In this document: piece after piece, positions 41,157 to 52,775 of the stretch
How positions within the stretch are numbered: the first letter of the stretch is position 1
How the letters are laid out: each line of letters starts with the position of its first letter
From: Tubiluchus corallicola
Lineage: Eukaryota; Animalia; Priapulida
Assembly: GCA_030141605.1 (NCBI GenBank)
Contig: JAQGDQ010000796.1
Location: 30,884-94,883 of the forward strand
Reading direction: 5' to 3'
DNA: 64,000 bases
Notes under the pieces: generated by a model
The model's database searches: none
What the model was told of the DNA's origin: nothing
Seen by the model: only the letters and a program-made list of their open reading frames with translations
Made by a program: the position numbers and the translations under genes

Positions 41157-41585
41157 TAGGGGTGAGTATCGAACGTTCGAGTTCGAACATGCGAATCGAA
41201 TTCGAACGCTCGAATTCGATTCGAACGAGTTTTTTTAGTTCGAACTCGATTCAAATCCAAAACTATAGATTCGAATAATTCAACATCTCAATCACATATG
41301 TTTCTGATCATTAAAACGATTGAAACACCATGCAATTAGCATAATTTAGCAGTGATTTCTTCGCACAATTTTAAAGAAATTACTAGTCGTTTTATTGCAG
41401 AACAAAATCTAGTGATATGCATGATCTTTGTAAGACTAATTTTTACTGGTGGTTCGAAAACTTGTTCGAAAATCGTTCAATCTCGATTCGAATTCGAAAC
41501 ACTGAAGTTCGGTTCGATTCGAGTTCGAAAGTCACAAATTCGATTCGATTAGAATTCGCTTTCTGGTAGAGAATGCTCACCCCTA
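41157..41585. mobile_element. hAT MITE with TTCGA subterminal repeats
   Basis: TIR TAGGGGTGAG / CTCACCCCTA; 8-bp TSD TCTTTTAG/TATTTTAG; related fragment at about 39740-39853. Confidence 0.82.
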
Positions 41586-43191
41586 TATTTTAGTAGTTTT
41601 ACATTATAGGCTTACTTTAATTTTTAATCAAGCAGCCTGTCTACATGTTTGCTTGATGTAATTGTAAACCGACTCCTGCATATGTACGCCCTCTGCATGA
41701 GGTGGTTTTGGGCGGGAGTGACGTTATATTGAAGTCCTAAACAAGCCTGTTTACTTTTCTGAGTTTTGATAAAAGATACGAAATCAGAACTTGAACAGAC
41801 AAAATTCATCTACAGTAAACGGCGCCGTAGAATTTGCTCTCTGCCCCGCAAGCGCACAGTCGCTGCATTGTTTCTGAATGTTTTAAAATCGGTAACAACA
41901 ATTCAAGACGGGGGGAGGGGTTGATCTAGGGGGTGGCGGAGTTTTGCGCGCTGTGCTGGTTTTGGAACGAATTATTAATCTTGCTTCAATTACAACTGTG
42001 AAGCGCATGCTCAGTGCATGTAATCTTAATGAAAAATCAATGTTCTCGTGTGTTCTACCCATCCGACTTTCTCCCTCCCTCCCTACTCTAATACTCCAGT
42101 CCAACAGCTAGCCTGTTATTGTTAGCCAGCCATTAGCATTGCCTATTCCTAATTGTACACTGTACTTTGAGAGTAGATGAGTTTAGTTTGAGGCAGTAAT
42201 AGCTAGTCAAGAACTTATCAAAGCCTTGGTCGAGTTACAGAACAACTTTATACAGATTTCGACAAATGTTTTCAAAGGTACGTATAAGATTTTCTGCAGT
42301 TCAATTTGCGTTTTTTATGCAACACAAAACAACTGTGACGTCATTGTAGCCGCGGCCGTGTTGGAATTGTGCAACTCTTATCTAGCTAGCTGAGTTGTTT
42401 ACGATTTAGGGTTAATAGGATTATGGGCAAATATTTTATAATAATTTTGCTAATTTTTCAAATATTTTATATTGATTTTATTAATTTTTCATAAAATTAA
42501 TATCACTTTTCTTTCTTTTTCTCTTCCTTTCTTTTTTCTTTCTTTTTCCTTCCTTTTTTTTATCTTTTCCTTTTTTCATTGTAAGTTTTCATTGTAAGTT
42601 TTCACGATGCCCTGTTTTCAGGAATGATTCCTTATGTCATTCTAACACCGTTTTGGATATTTTTATGCACATTAATAGGTCAAGTAATTGTTCTGCACTT
42701 TGGAGGCTTATGAATCCAAAACTTTCACAGATAGACACTTGGGTACTACTAGGGACGAATGAGAACGTATATGTGGGCTTTCATTTAGTGGTATAGTTAA
42801 TGATCTCAGAAAACCCGATGTGGCCAAACTGCGTCATCAGTACCCCTCAATTTATTTCACAAATTCAATAGTCCACTCTGTTGACCAAAAAAGAGGACTC
42901 ACTGAGTACAGCCACCAAACCAACAGCGGGTTAAAATGAGTAATTCTATGAGAATATCCAAAACGCTGTTAGAATGGCCCAGGGAGACATTACCGAAAGT
43001 TTGGCAGCTGCATCCAGTCAGTCCCAATTTCAACAAAATTTGACCTTAACAGACTGGACTACAAGGCTTTGTGAAAGTCATGTTTAAAGTTGTAGATCAC
43101 TCACTTTGTAGAACAAGAATAAAAAAATCTATACTACATATTTGCACAGAAAAAGTGTTTATTAACTACATACACATGAGTAGAATGACTG

Positions 43192-44059
43192 CTGCACTGA
43201 ACACTGAAAATGAGAGTGTCCTGCACTGAACACAGATAATGAGAGTGTCCTGCACTGAACACAGAGAATGAGAGTGTCCTGCACTGAACACTGAGAATGA
43301 GAGAGTCCTGCACTGAACACTGAGAGTGAGAGTGTCCTGCACTGAACACTGAGAGTGAGAGTGTCCTGCACTGAACACTGAGAATGAGAGAGTCCTGCAC
43401 TGAACACTGAGAGTGAGAGTGTCCTGCACTGAACACTGAGAGTGAGAGTGTCCTGCACTGAACACTGAGAGTTAGAGAGTCCTGCACTGAACACTGTGAA
43501 TGAGAGAGTCCTGCACTGAACACTGTGAATGAGAGTGTCCTGCACTGAACACTGAGAATGAGAGTGTCCTGCACTGAACACTGAGAATGAGAGTGTCCTG
43601 CACTGAACACTGAGAGTGAGAGTGTCCTGCACTGAACACTGAGAATGAGAGTGTCCTGCACTGAACACTGAGAGTTAGAGTGTCCTGCACTGAACACTGA
43701 GAGTTAGAGTGTCCTGCACTGAACACTGAGAGTGAGAGAGTCCTGCACTGAACACTGAGAGTGAGAGTGTCCTGCACTGAACACTGAGAGTTAGAGTGTC
43801 CTGCACTGAACACTGAGAGTGAGAGTGTCCTGCACTGAACACTGAGAGTTAGAGTGTCCTGCACTGAACACTGAGAGTTAGAGTGTCCTGCACTGAACAC
43901 TGAGAGTTAGAGTGTCCTGCACTGAACACTGAGAGTTAGAGAGTCCTGCACTGAACACTGAGAGTGAGAGTGTGCTGCACTGAACACTGAGAGTGAGAGT
44001 GTCCTGCACTGAACACTGAGAGTGAGAGTGTCCTGCACTGAACACTGAGAGTGAGAGTG
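43192..44059. repeat. 29-bp minisatellite, about 30 copies
   Basis: Unit GTCCTGCACTGAACACTGAGAGTGAGAGT. Confidence 0.97.
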
Positions 44060-44294
44060 ACTAGAAAGCAAAACCAGTCAGTATATATAGGTATAGGTGA
44101 CCTATGCAGACTTGCACAGGCTTCACAACAACCATTACTTTAAAATAGGGAGAGAACCAATGAATATGCATTCACTGGACCGTACAATTATACTGGGGGT
44201 AAGTAGCTGGTGGAATGTAACAGGATTAGTTCACAGATGGCAGCACCTAATTAAAATGGACAATTACAACTTTCACAGGCTTGCTTGATTTCAG

Positions 44295-44379
44295 ATGATG
44301 TGGATGTTTCTCTTCCTAATGGCTTCTTCGAGAGCAGAGACATCAGATGAATTCATCAAACTACACCGTATAGGCAGAG
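44295..44379 (+). CDS. Astacin-ShKT gene, first identified coding exon (signal peptide)
   Basis: TTTCAG|ATG; MMWMFLFLMASSRAETSDEF...; phase-1 donor G|GTAAAT; paralogous exon at 62320. Confidence 0.72.
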
Positions 44380-44402
44380 GTAAATCCATTATTACTAGTT
44401 TA

Positions 44403-45633
44403 TTAAACCACAAGAAAACCCTCCACTTACATAAAGCTTAGAAAAATTCGTCTCGAAATTTTATACCATTTACATACTGCCTCTTTGAATACAGGGCATG
44501 CGTCGGCAGTAACGCAGCATAAAATCTGTAAATTTAGATTCGCTCGACGACCGCTATGCGCAGCCATTTTCACGGTAATTATGCGATCTGAAACAAGTTT
44601 AGATAACACTGAGTAAAGTCTGAAAAATAATCAGAGCATTCGTATCGCAAACGTCACAAACTGAATGAAACTTTCAATTACTGTATCATGTCAATAAGAT
44701 TAAAAACACGATTGCCGGTAGTGAGTGGTGCACCCTGGAGGCGAGTCAACGACATTATACCATTTGGTGAAAACATTTTAAATAATTAATAATTTTCTTT
44801 TCTAGTTACATGCGACTTTCCAGCAGGCAAGCAAAATGCTAAGTAACAGATTTGATAGAAAGTTTTTTGGGACATAATTTACATTGTCTTTTAACATTGT
44901 CGTTTAACATTGTCGTTTAACATTGTCTTTTGTTCCCCTGATATTTATAAGCTTATGGCTAATAGCACAAGAAACCCTCCACTTACATAAAGCTTAAAAA
45001 TTCGTCTCGAAATTTTATACCACATACATACTACCTTTTCGTATGCATGGCTTGCATCTGCCGTAACGCTGTATAAAACATGTAAATTTAAACTCCCCCG
45101 ATGACCGTTAGGCGCAGCAATTTTAATGGTAGGTCGTTTGAAACAAGTTTTGATAACATTGAGTAAAGTTTGATAAAATAATCAGAGCATTCGTAGCACA
45201 CATGTTGCTAATTAAGTAAAATTTTAAATTACTATATCTTGTCAATAAGATTAAAAATACGTTTTTGGCTAGTGAGTGGTGCACCCTGGAGGGTGAGTCA
45301 ACGATATTTTACCAATTGGCACAAACATTTTAAATTATTAGTCTAGTTACATAAGTCTTTCCTGCAGGCAAGTGAAATGCTAAGTAATATAGATTTGCAT
45401 GGAAAGTTTTTTGGGTCATAATTTAACATTTCCTTTTCTTCCTTTGTTTTACGTTTGCGTAATGACGTCATGTAATGGCGCCGCCGGAACAGTATTGCCG
45501 GAGATTTAAAATGAAAACAAACGAAAATTCCTCTCAACGCGAATACGATATGTACATAAAATTGCTATAAAGTAATATAATGTTTTAAGGCGATTTTTCT
45601 GAAACCTACTTCAGGTGCCCCCTTTTCTTGGCC
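44403..45633. mobile_element. Two tandem Kolobok-like copies (about 44403-44940 and 44963-45633) in an astacin intron
   Basis: Same family as 27447 and 38101. Confidence 0.7.
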
Positions 45634-45825
45634 TTTTCACAGTTTCGTACTGCGCACGCGCAGTTGCTGCAATGAATTAATTGTGACTGTATTCGTTTGA
45701 GTTTTTTCCCCAACCAAAATTTGGTCTTCCCGGTCGTTTATTACCGATCACCATTGTTGTAAACAGTGTAACTATAATACATTGTACATGCAGTAATAAG
45801 TTTGCATTGTTCTTTGTTTTTTCAG

Positions 45826-45872
45826 ATCTATTTGAAGGTGACATTAAGGTACCTCCTCTTCCAAGAAAGCTC
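45826..45872 (+). CDS. Astacin-ShKT exon 2 (prodomain, LFEGDI)
   Basis: TTTTTCAG| DLFEGDIKVPPLPRKL |GTAAGT; FxGDI is the astacin aspartate-switch motif. Confidence 0.85.
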
Positions 45873-46916
45873 GTAAGTTTGCAATGCTTAAAAGATTTGC
45901 TGAAATATAATACACTGCTACATAAATTTTTAAAAAATTATGTAATGTAATACGTGTTATGTTAGTTTTGTAATGTCAAATGTATGAATAGTGTAAATGT
46001 AATGAGTGAAATTTGTGAATGTAAAGCATGTTTCTGTTAATTGTGTCATGTCAAATGTATATATAGTGCAAAATATGTCACGTAAAAGTTAATGTACTTT
46101 TGTAATATTGTTTTGTAAAAATATTTTAATATGGTGTTTGTAAATATGTTCATTTATTGTATATAATTAGGCCTTAGTTTTGCACTTTAGTTTTTTTTTA
46201 GTATTCACCGGACACATTTGTCTTGAACAGTGTTGTTATCTGAGGCTTACTCAATTTTATTATAATGAGTGAACCATTTTAATGACAACTAAAGAATTAA
46301 TATATATATAAATATATAAAATATTTTTTAATTTATATGCTTTAGAGTTCTGTCTTACCCAGTGGCGGCTCGTGTATAGGTAGTGTGGTGCTGCAGCACC
46401 CCCTATTTTCACTCATTATTATCAATAATATTCAATATAATAAGTCTATTTTATCTGGTTCTTTTTTTATACTTGCGCGGAACCGGAGCATGTGAGGGAA
46501 GTACACTTTGCTTCACAGCCCAAGCAACGCGGTGTTTGGCTGCTGTGCGCATGCGGCCATGCGCACATGTCTGAGAATAGGCGCTGCACTTAGGTAGAAC
46601 GAGTACTGTCACTCACGCAGTACCGTGTTGCCAGTTGTCACGTGCTTAAAAGCCGTGTACCGGAACATTCTCGAACTGCGACAATTTAGGCTGTTCGTAA
46701 GAAAACAACATTTTTGTCTAGGATTTTATCATGTTTATGTATAAATTAGTTTGTTTGTTTAAACTCGCAATTACAACTTTAAAATTACACATGTGCCGTT
46801 TTCCACAGTATTAAAACAATGGCTAAAAATGTTTAATTTTACAGCTCCCCCACTAATTTTAGATACTGGTCTTACCGTAGTTTCTAATGTATAAACTAAA
46901 CGAAATGTTTTTATAG

Positions 46917-46995
46917 GTTAGGGGTGCTATACAAGGGCGTGGCGCAGAAAGGTGGGAAAATGGTATAATGCCCATCGTAATATCACCTGATATTG
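46917..46995 (+). CDS. Astacin-ShKT exon 3 (mature N-terminus)
   Basis: TTTTTATAG| VRGAIQGRGAERWENGIMPIVISPDI |GTAAGT, matching RNA...WPxGxIPYxI; phases 0 and 1 fit the neighbours. Confidence 0.82.
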
Positions 46996-48561
46996 GTAAG
47001 TTTAGAATTAGTAGAAATTTGAATTTCAAGAAAAACCGGTTAATCGTGTACACATTAGTTCAGAATAAAGAATGCTCTAAAATATTGAAAACTACAATAG
47101 CCTTTTTTTAGATCACAGTTTACGTTAAATAATAATTACCTCGGATGCATAAATTTTGTGAAACTTGCAAAGCTACGCGCGGCTCAGTGAATCTACTAAG
47201 ACTGACAATGGCGTCTTTTTGTCACATTCGTGTGGCCGACAAATAGAAGGCGGTACCCTGATAACCATGATCAAGAATTCCAGTGTTAGTTTCTGACGTC
47301 ATATGACGTTGAGCCCATTTCGTGACATCATGCGTTTAAACAGTACTGTAACACTGACGCAAACGTGCTTGACGCGCAGGGGAAGAAGCCTGCCATTGCA
47401 CAAACTGTGGTTAGTTTCTGACGTAAGCAATAGCTGTGTTCGGTTGCCGTTAATTAACTTTCTAAGCTAATAATTCAAATATAAAAAACAATTGCAAACT
47501 TTTATAGGCAAGAAAATGTATATTTTGGACAGTAAAATAAAATGAGATTGAATCTAAACAAGTTTTCGCTCCAAGCAATCTACTCTATAAATTATTGAAA
47601 AGATTCGCTCAGTAATTTTTTTAAGAATGATTTACATAAAAGAATTATTACCAGATAAACGTAATTTAACGCATGCGCGGCTATTTCTTCATAGTTTCGA
47701 GCATTTCTCGAAAACACGTTGCACAAAAAACAGGTACTGTACCTCTCGATTCAGAGGTGTTCAGTTGTGACCTAGTACACTTATTCGAGAGCTTATGCGT
47801 GAACGCAGCAGAAAACTTGAAATTTGAATTCTAAACTTAAAATTTGCCCAGTTTTTGTATAACACACTGAATGTTGTACAGTAGCTCTGTACTTAAATTT
47901 TCACTTTTGCAAACATGTGCAACATGCTCGTGAATTGTCTGTCATGTTAAAAATCATGTTCAGTTGTGATGTCATGACTAGTTGGGGTCCTCGGTAGTTA
48001 ATTAAGCATTTAGCTTGTCATTTAAAGTATGGCGTGTTATATAATAAATATAAATAAACACAAATTGTATAATAAAAATAAACGAGGTTAAAAATCCACA
48101 AAAGTGTATGATTTCAACTAGTAACGATGATCTTATGTGCGGGGGCGTATTAACCAATAGGATAACTAAGTTTGAGTTTTTTTTAGAAAAAAATCGCATT
48201 CTACTAAGAAAAATGTGTATACTTTCATATTCATGTAAATAGCGCATTTTAAAACACACGACAGGCAGTTACAAATGCAACTTTATATAAGTGCCACATA
48301 ACGAACAGGTGCAAGGTATTACACAACAAGCAGTTGCCCAGCCGGCTTCAATATAAGCCTAGGCAAATACATGTAATTAATAACGACAACGTAGAAACTA
48401 GGTTAATAGTATTTCTAACACACCACAAGTAATTGTTCAATCTGCTCATTACATAAACGACCGTAAATTCACAATAAAGATGAGCGGGAGAGTGTTGATA
48501 TGTGAAAGTTTGTTTTGTTAGTAGATCCTGTTTACCTTGTTTACCTGTTTTCAATTTCCAG

Positions 48562-48684
48562 ATTGTGGTAACAAATTCGGTTACGACGAACACTGTGAAC
48601 GTTGGGCTACTAAAGGCTACTGTGAGTCGGACCGTGGGTTTATGATAACTCATTGCAGAAGATCTTGCAACTTTTGTCCAAGAA
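48562..48684 (+). CDS. Symmetric (phase 1-1) ShKT exon inside the astacin catalytic domain; cassette or orphan
   Basis: TTTCCAG| DCGNKFGYDEHCERWATKGYCESDRGFMITHCRRSCNFCPR |GTAAGC; six ShKT cysteines; 123 nt. Confidence 0.7.
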
Positions 48685-48715
48685 GTAAGCATATACATAC
48701 ATTACATGTACATCG

Positions 48716-49120
48716 ATAATATATATAATATATAATAATCTTTATTTGCCATTAAAATACATTGATGATCACTGATATAAACTTCACAGAGACGATCAAT
48801 CAGTGTTAGTTAATAAAAACTTACGCTGCTAAAGGCAAGTGCGTCAGTGCAATCTAAACTACTGCAGTAATGGAAAGTAAAGACGTATAAAATCAAACAT
48901 ATTTACAACTATGCACAAACACATTTTAAAAATATGATTTAATTAATATGGCCGTGGATATATAAATTCTGAATTAGTGCGTATGTTGTGATGGTATTTC
49001 ACATCTGGTTAATATTAGTGATTTTAATTTTGTTTTAAATGCCGATAGGGGCTTCATTTGCTTAACCAGTAATGGTAGAGAATTGCAAAATAGAATTGTT
49101 TGTTTGATTACAGATTACAG
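48716..49120 (-). mobile_element. Truncated LINE 3' end (6965 family)
   Basis: Similar to 6975-7390. Confidence 0.85.
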
Positions 49121-49201
49121 AATTAACCTAATATTCATTCATATTTCTAGTGGTGAAAACCACAGGACTGTAGCGTGATTTTAGTTCGTCTTTATTTTCA
49201 G

Positions 49202-49316
49202 GAAAACGTTCAACAGTAATACGCAATGCGCTCGACAGCATGGAAAAAAGAACGTGCGTTCGTTTTGTACCCTGGACTAACCAGACCTACTACGTTCATG
49301 TCGTTCCCAAAGATGG
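49202..49316 (+). CDS. Astacin-ShKT exon (helix A, TCVRF)
   Basis: TTTTCAG| KRSTVIRNALDSMEKRTCVRFVPWTNQTYYVHVVPKDG |GTAAGT. Confidence 0.88.
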
Positions 49317-50716
49317 GTAAGTATGGAAAGTGGGGAAGTTTGGTATAGGTAAGCTTGGTACAGGTAAGTTTTTTTCACATGTAAGTTTCGTACAGGTAAA
49401 TTTGATACAGGTAAGTTTGGTACAGGTAAGCTTGGTACTGAAAAGTTTGGTACACATAAGTTTCGTACAGGTAAGTTTGGTACAGGAAAGTTTGGTACAG
49501 GAAAGTTTGGTACAGGTAAGCTTGGTACTTTAAATGTTAGTACACATAAGTTTCGTACAGGTAAGTTTGATACAGGTAAGTTTGGTACAGGTAAGTTTGG
49601 GACAGGTAAGTTTGGTACAGGTAAGCTTGGTACAAGTGACTTCGGTACAGGTAATTTTGGTACTGGTATGCTTTATACTGGTAAGTTTGGCATTGTTAAG
49701 TTTGATACTAGTAAGTTTGGTACAAGTAAGCTTGTTACAGGTAAGTTCGGTATAAGTAAGTTTGGTACAGGTAAGTTTGGTACAAGTAAGTTTGGTACAG
49801 ATAAGTTTGGTACAAGTAAGCTTGGTACAGGTAAGTTTGGTACAAATAAGTTTGGCACAGATAAGTTTGGTACATGTAAGCTTGGTACAAGTAACTTTGG
49901 TACATGTAATCTAGGTACATATAAGTTTGGTACGGGGTTAGGGTTAGGTAATTTGGTACTAGAAAATTCACAGCATTGTAAGGCGAAAAAAAAAGTTTTA
50001 GTGAAACTGTAATTTACGAAATGTTAGAAACACATGTCTCCAAACGTTTTGACTTCAGCCTTCAGTCATTTGTGTAGTCTGTCACTGAAGACAACAGCAA
50101 GCTGCACTTGAAACGTTTGGAGACATGTTTTTTAACATTTTGTAAGTCAAAGTATTAATATCAAAGTATCAAACTTTTTTTCGTCTTATAATGCTGTGAG
50201 TTTTCTAGTACCAAATTACCTAACCCTAACCCCGTTCCAAACTTATATGTACCTAGATTACATGTACCAAAGTTACTTGTACCAAGCTTACCTGTACCAA
50301 ACTTATCAGTGCCAAACTCATTTGTACCAAACTTACCTGTACCAAGCTTACCTGTACCAAACTTATCTGTACCAAACTTACTTGTACCAAACTTACCTGT
50401 ACCAAACTTACTTATACCGAACTTACCTGTAACAAGCTTACTTGTACCAAACTTACTAGTATCAAACTTAACAATGCCAAACTTACCAGTATAAAGCTTA
50501 CCAGTACCAAACTTACATGTACCAAAGTTACTTGTACCAAGCTTACCTGTACCAAACTTATCTGTACCAAAGTTACTTGTTACCAAGCTTACCTGTACCA
50601 AACTTACTGTGCCAAACTTACCTGTACCAAACTTACCTGTACCAAACTTACCAGTATAAAACTTACCAGTACCAAACTTACCTGTGCCAAAGTTACTTGT
50701 ACCAAGCTTACCCGTA
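49317..50716. repeat. Long inverted repeat built from 15-bp GGTAAGTTTGGTACA arrays
   Basis: About 49670-50060 is nearly the reverse complement of about 50095-50495 (ORFs 49668+ and 50161- give almost the same peptide); GGGTTAGGGTTAGG in each arm. Confidence 0.92.
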
Positions 50717-51164
50717 ACGTTTCCTAGTGCCAAATTTCCCTTTTCTATGCTGAATACTTTACTGTAGGGAAAGTTTTCATTTGCCAGTTGAAACAATGCA
50801 ACTTAACATTGGTACTTGGTAACATTGTAACTTAATTTAACGTTGCAACTTAAAGTTTTAGTAAAAGTTGCTTTCTTATAATTTTACTATTCATTGCAAA
50901 CCAAATTGGCACATATTTCAACACACATATGTAGTAAAAAGAAACGGAATTTTTGCCAAATGTTCTATTACGTAACAAACGCTTAAGGGTCTCCAAGCTT
51001 GAGCGATTATAGGCTGCAGCCTATAGGATAACATTGGTTAATACACCTCTGTAGATTTGCTAAAACCGTTTATCTCTGCAAAGTACCGACTGACATATCC
51101 CAATGGGCTGATAATTTACAACGGACCTCAAAGCTTCAGAATTGGATAATTATAAATAAATAAA

Positions 51165-51548
51165 TATATATATATATATAATCTTTATTTGCCATTAAAA
51201 TACATTGATGATCACTGATATAAACTTTACAGAGATGATCAATCAGTGTTAGTTAATAAAAACTTACACTGCTAAAGGCAAATGCGTCAGTGCAATCTAA
51301 ACTACTGTGCAGTAATGGAAAGTAACGACGAATAAAATCAAACATATTTACAACTATGCACAAAAAATGAAAAAACTATGATTTAATTAATGTGGCCGTA
51401 AATACATGAATTCTGAATTAGTGTGTATGGTGACGTACTGGTGTGATGGTATTTCATATCTGGTTAATATTAGTGATTTTAATTTTGTTTTAAATGCTGA
51501 AAGGGACTTGATTTGTTTAACCTGTAATGGTAGAGAATTCCAAAGTAG
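51165..51548 (-). mobile_element. Truncated LINE 3' end (6965 family)
   Basis: Similar to 6975-7365; ends about 40 bp before the zinc-site exon. Confidence 0.85.
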
Positions 51549-51589
51549 ATAATCTGGACGCACGCCTGATGTTGTTGATTTTCCTCTAG

Positions 51590-51786
51590 CTGTTGGTCCC
51601 ATGTTGGAAGGCGTTCAGAATATCCGGGAGAGGGACAGGAGCTCAGTCTGCAAGCAGAGTGTATCAGTTCATCGCGTCCCGGCGTGATTATGCACGAGTT
51701 CATGCATGCTTTGGGATTTTTCCACGAGCAGTCGAGACCAGATAGGGACAGCTTTGTTTACGTTAACTACAGTAACATTGCTGAAG
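51590..51786 (+). CDS. Astacin-ShKT exon with the zinc-binding motif
   Basis: CWSHVGR...GQELSL...C...GVIMHEFMHALGFFHEQSRPDRD (astacin HExxHxxGFxHExxRxDRD); CCTCTAG| and G|GTAAAC. Confidence 0.95.
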
Positions 51787-52439
51787 GTAAACAAAAATAA
51801 GCCTTTTCACAATTTCACAATTTCGTCTGTATTTAAATTGGCAAATCGTAATACCATATATAGTGTACATATCAATATATCAATATATAGATATCGTGTT
51901 TTAAAGCTACTCGTTTGTAACTCTATAAAGCCGCTCATTTCGCCGCCACTTTGTTTATGTAACGCAAAACTTTCCCATTTACTCTTTGTGAGCCAACAAT
52001 GCGTACAGAATTTGATTAAAAATTTGGATTCTACGACAACCGTAAATGGCTTACTACCATCGTTTCAGAAGCAGTAACCAACTGTTGTGTAGACTGTTCA
52101 TGCATTATTGATCATCAGCAGATGCGTTTATCATTTCACGCAGTTAAAAGTTCAACATTGTGCAAAATGTCTTTGTCGTTGCTGTTGTTTGTGGTGTGTG
52201 TGGTGGGTGGCGTTGTGTTCTGTTAGTGATACTGTTATTGTTACTAGAGATTTTTTAATCTAGCTATTCTGTTGAACTACTTGAAGTAAGTTGCAGAGTG
52301 ACATCATTGTTACCGAAACACCATGTCACTAAAGTTTGCACGTGTTATAAACATGCGCAAGCAAAGCATACACATGCGCGACATGTAAGTGTGATCAATG
52401 CTTCGCATTCTGGACTATTTTTTCATTTTTTTGCTTTAG

Positions 52440-52676
52440 GTGCCTTCCTTAACTTTCGCAAACACGAGTACTGGCACATTCTGGGCCTTGGCGAAGCGTA
52501 CGATTACAGAAGCTTAGTGCATTACGCTGCCCGGGATTTTGCCAAGGATAAAAGATATGACGTCATTACTCCCCTGAAACCAGGGGTGCGTATTGGAAAT
52601 CAAATGGACATGACTGAAGTTGATGTGAGAAAGATTAATAAACTCTACGGATGCACTGAATTCATAGGTGATGAAG
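52440..52676 (+). CDS. Astacin-ShKT exon with the Met-turn region and domain end
   Basis: GAFLNFRK...AYDYRSLVHYAARDFAKD...VITP...IGNQ...DVRKINKLYGC; G|GTACGC. Confidence 0.93.
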
Positions 52677-52775
52677 GTACGCTTCTTATGACTTTGAAAT
52701 AAGTTAAAATGAAGACAAACTGATTTTCATATTCATTTTCAAGTCAGATAAAAGTATACATTTTATCACAATTAT

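Noticed and set aside
42622-42713. CAG|GMIPYVI... resembling the astacin N-terminal strand
   Set aside because: Lies upstream of the signal exon, hits a stop and has no good donor; the real exon is at 46917
49935-49948. Telomere (TTAGGG repeats)
   Set aside because: Only about two units, embedded in the arms of a repeat element
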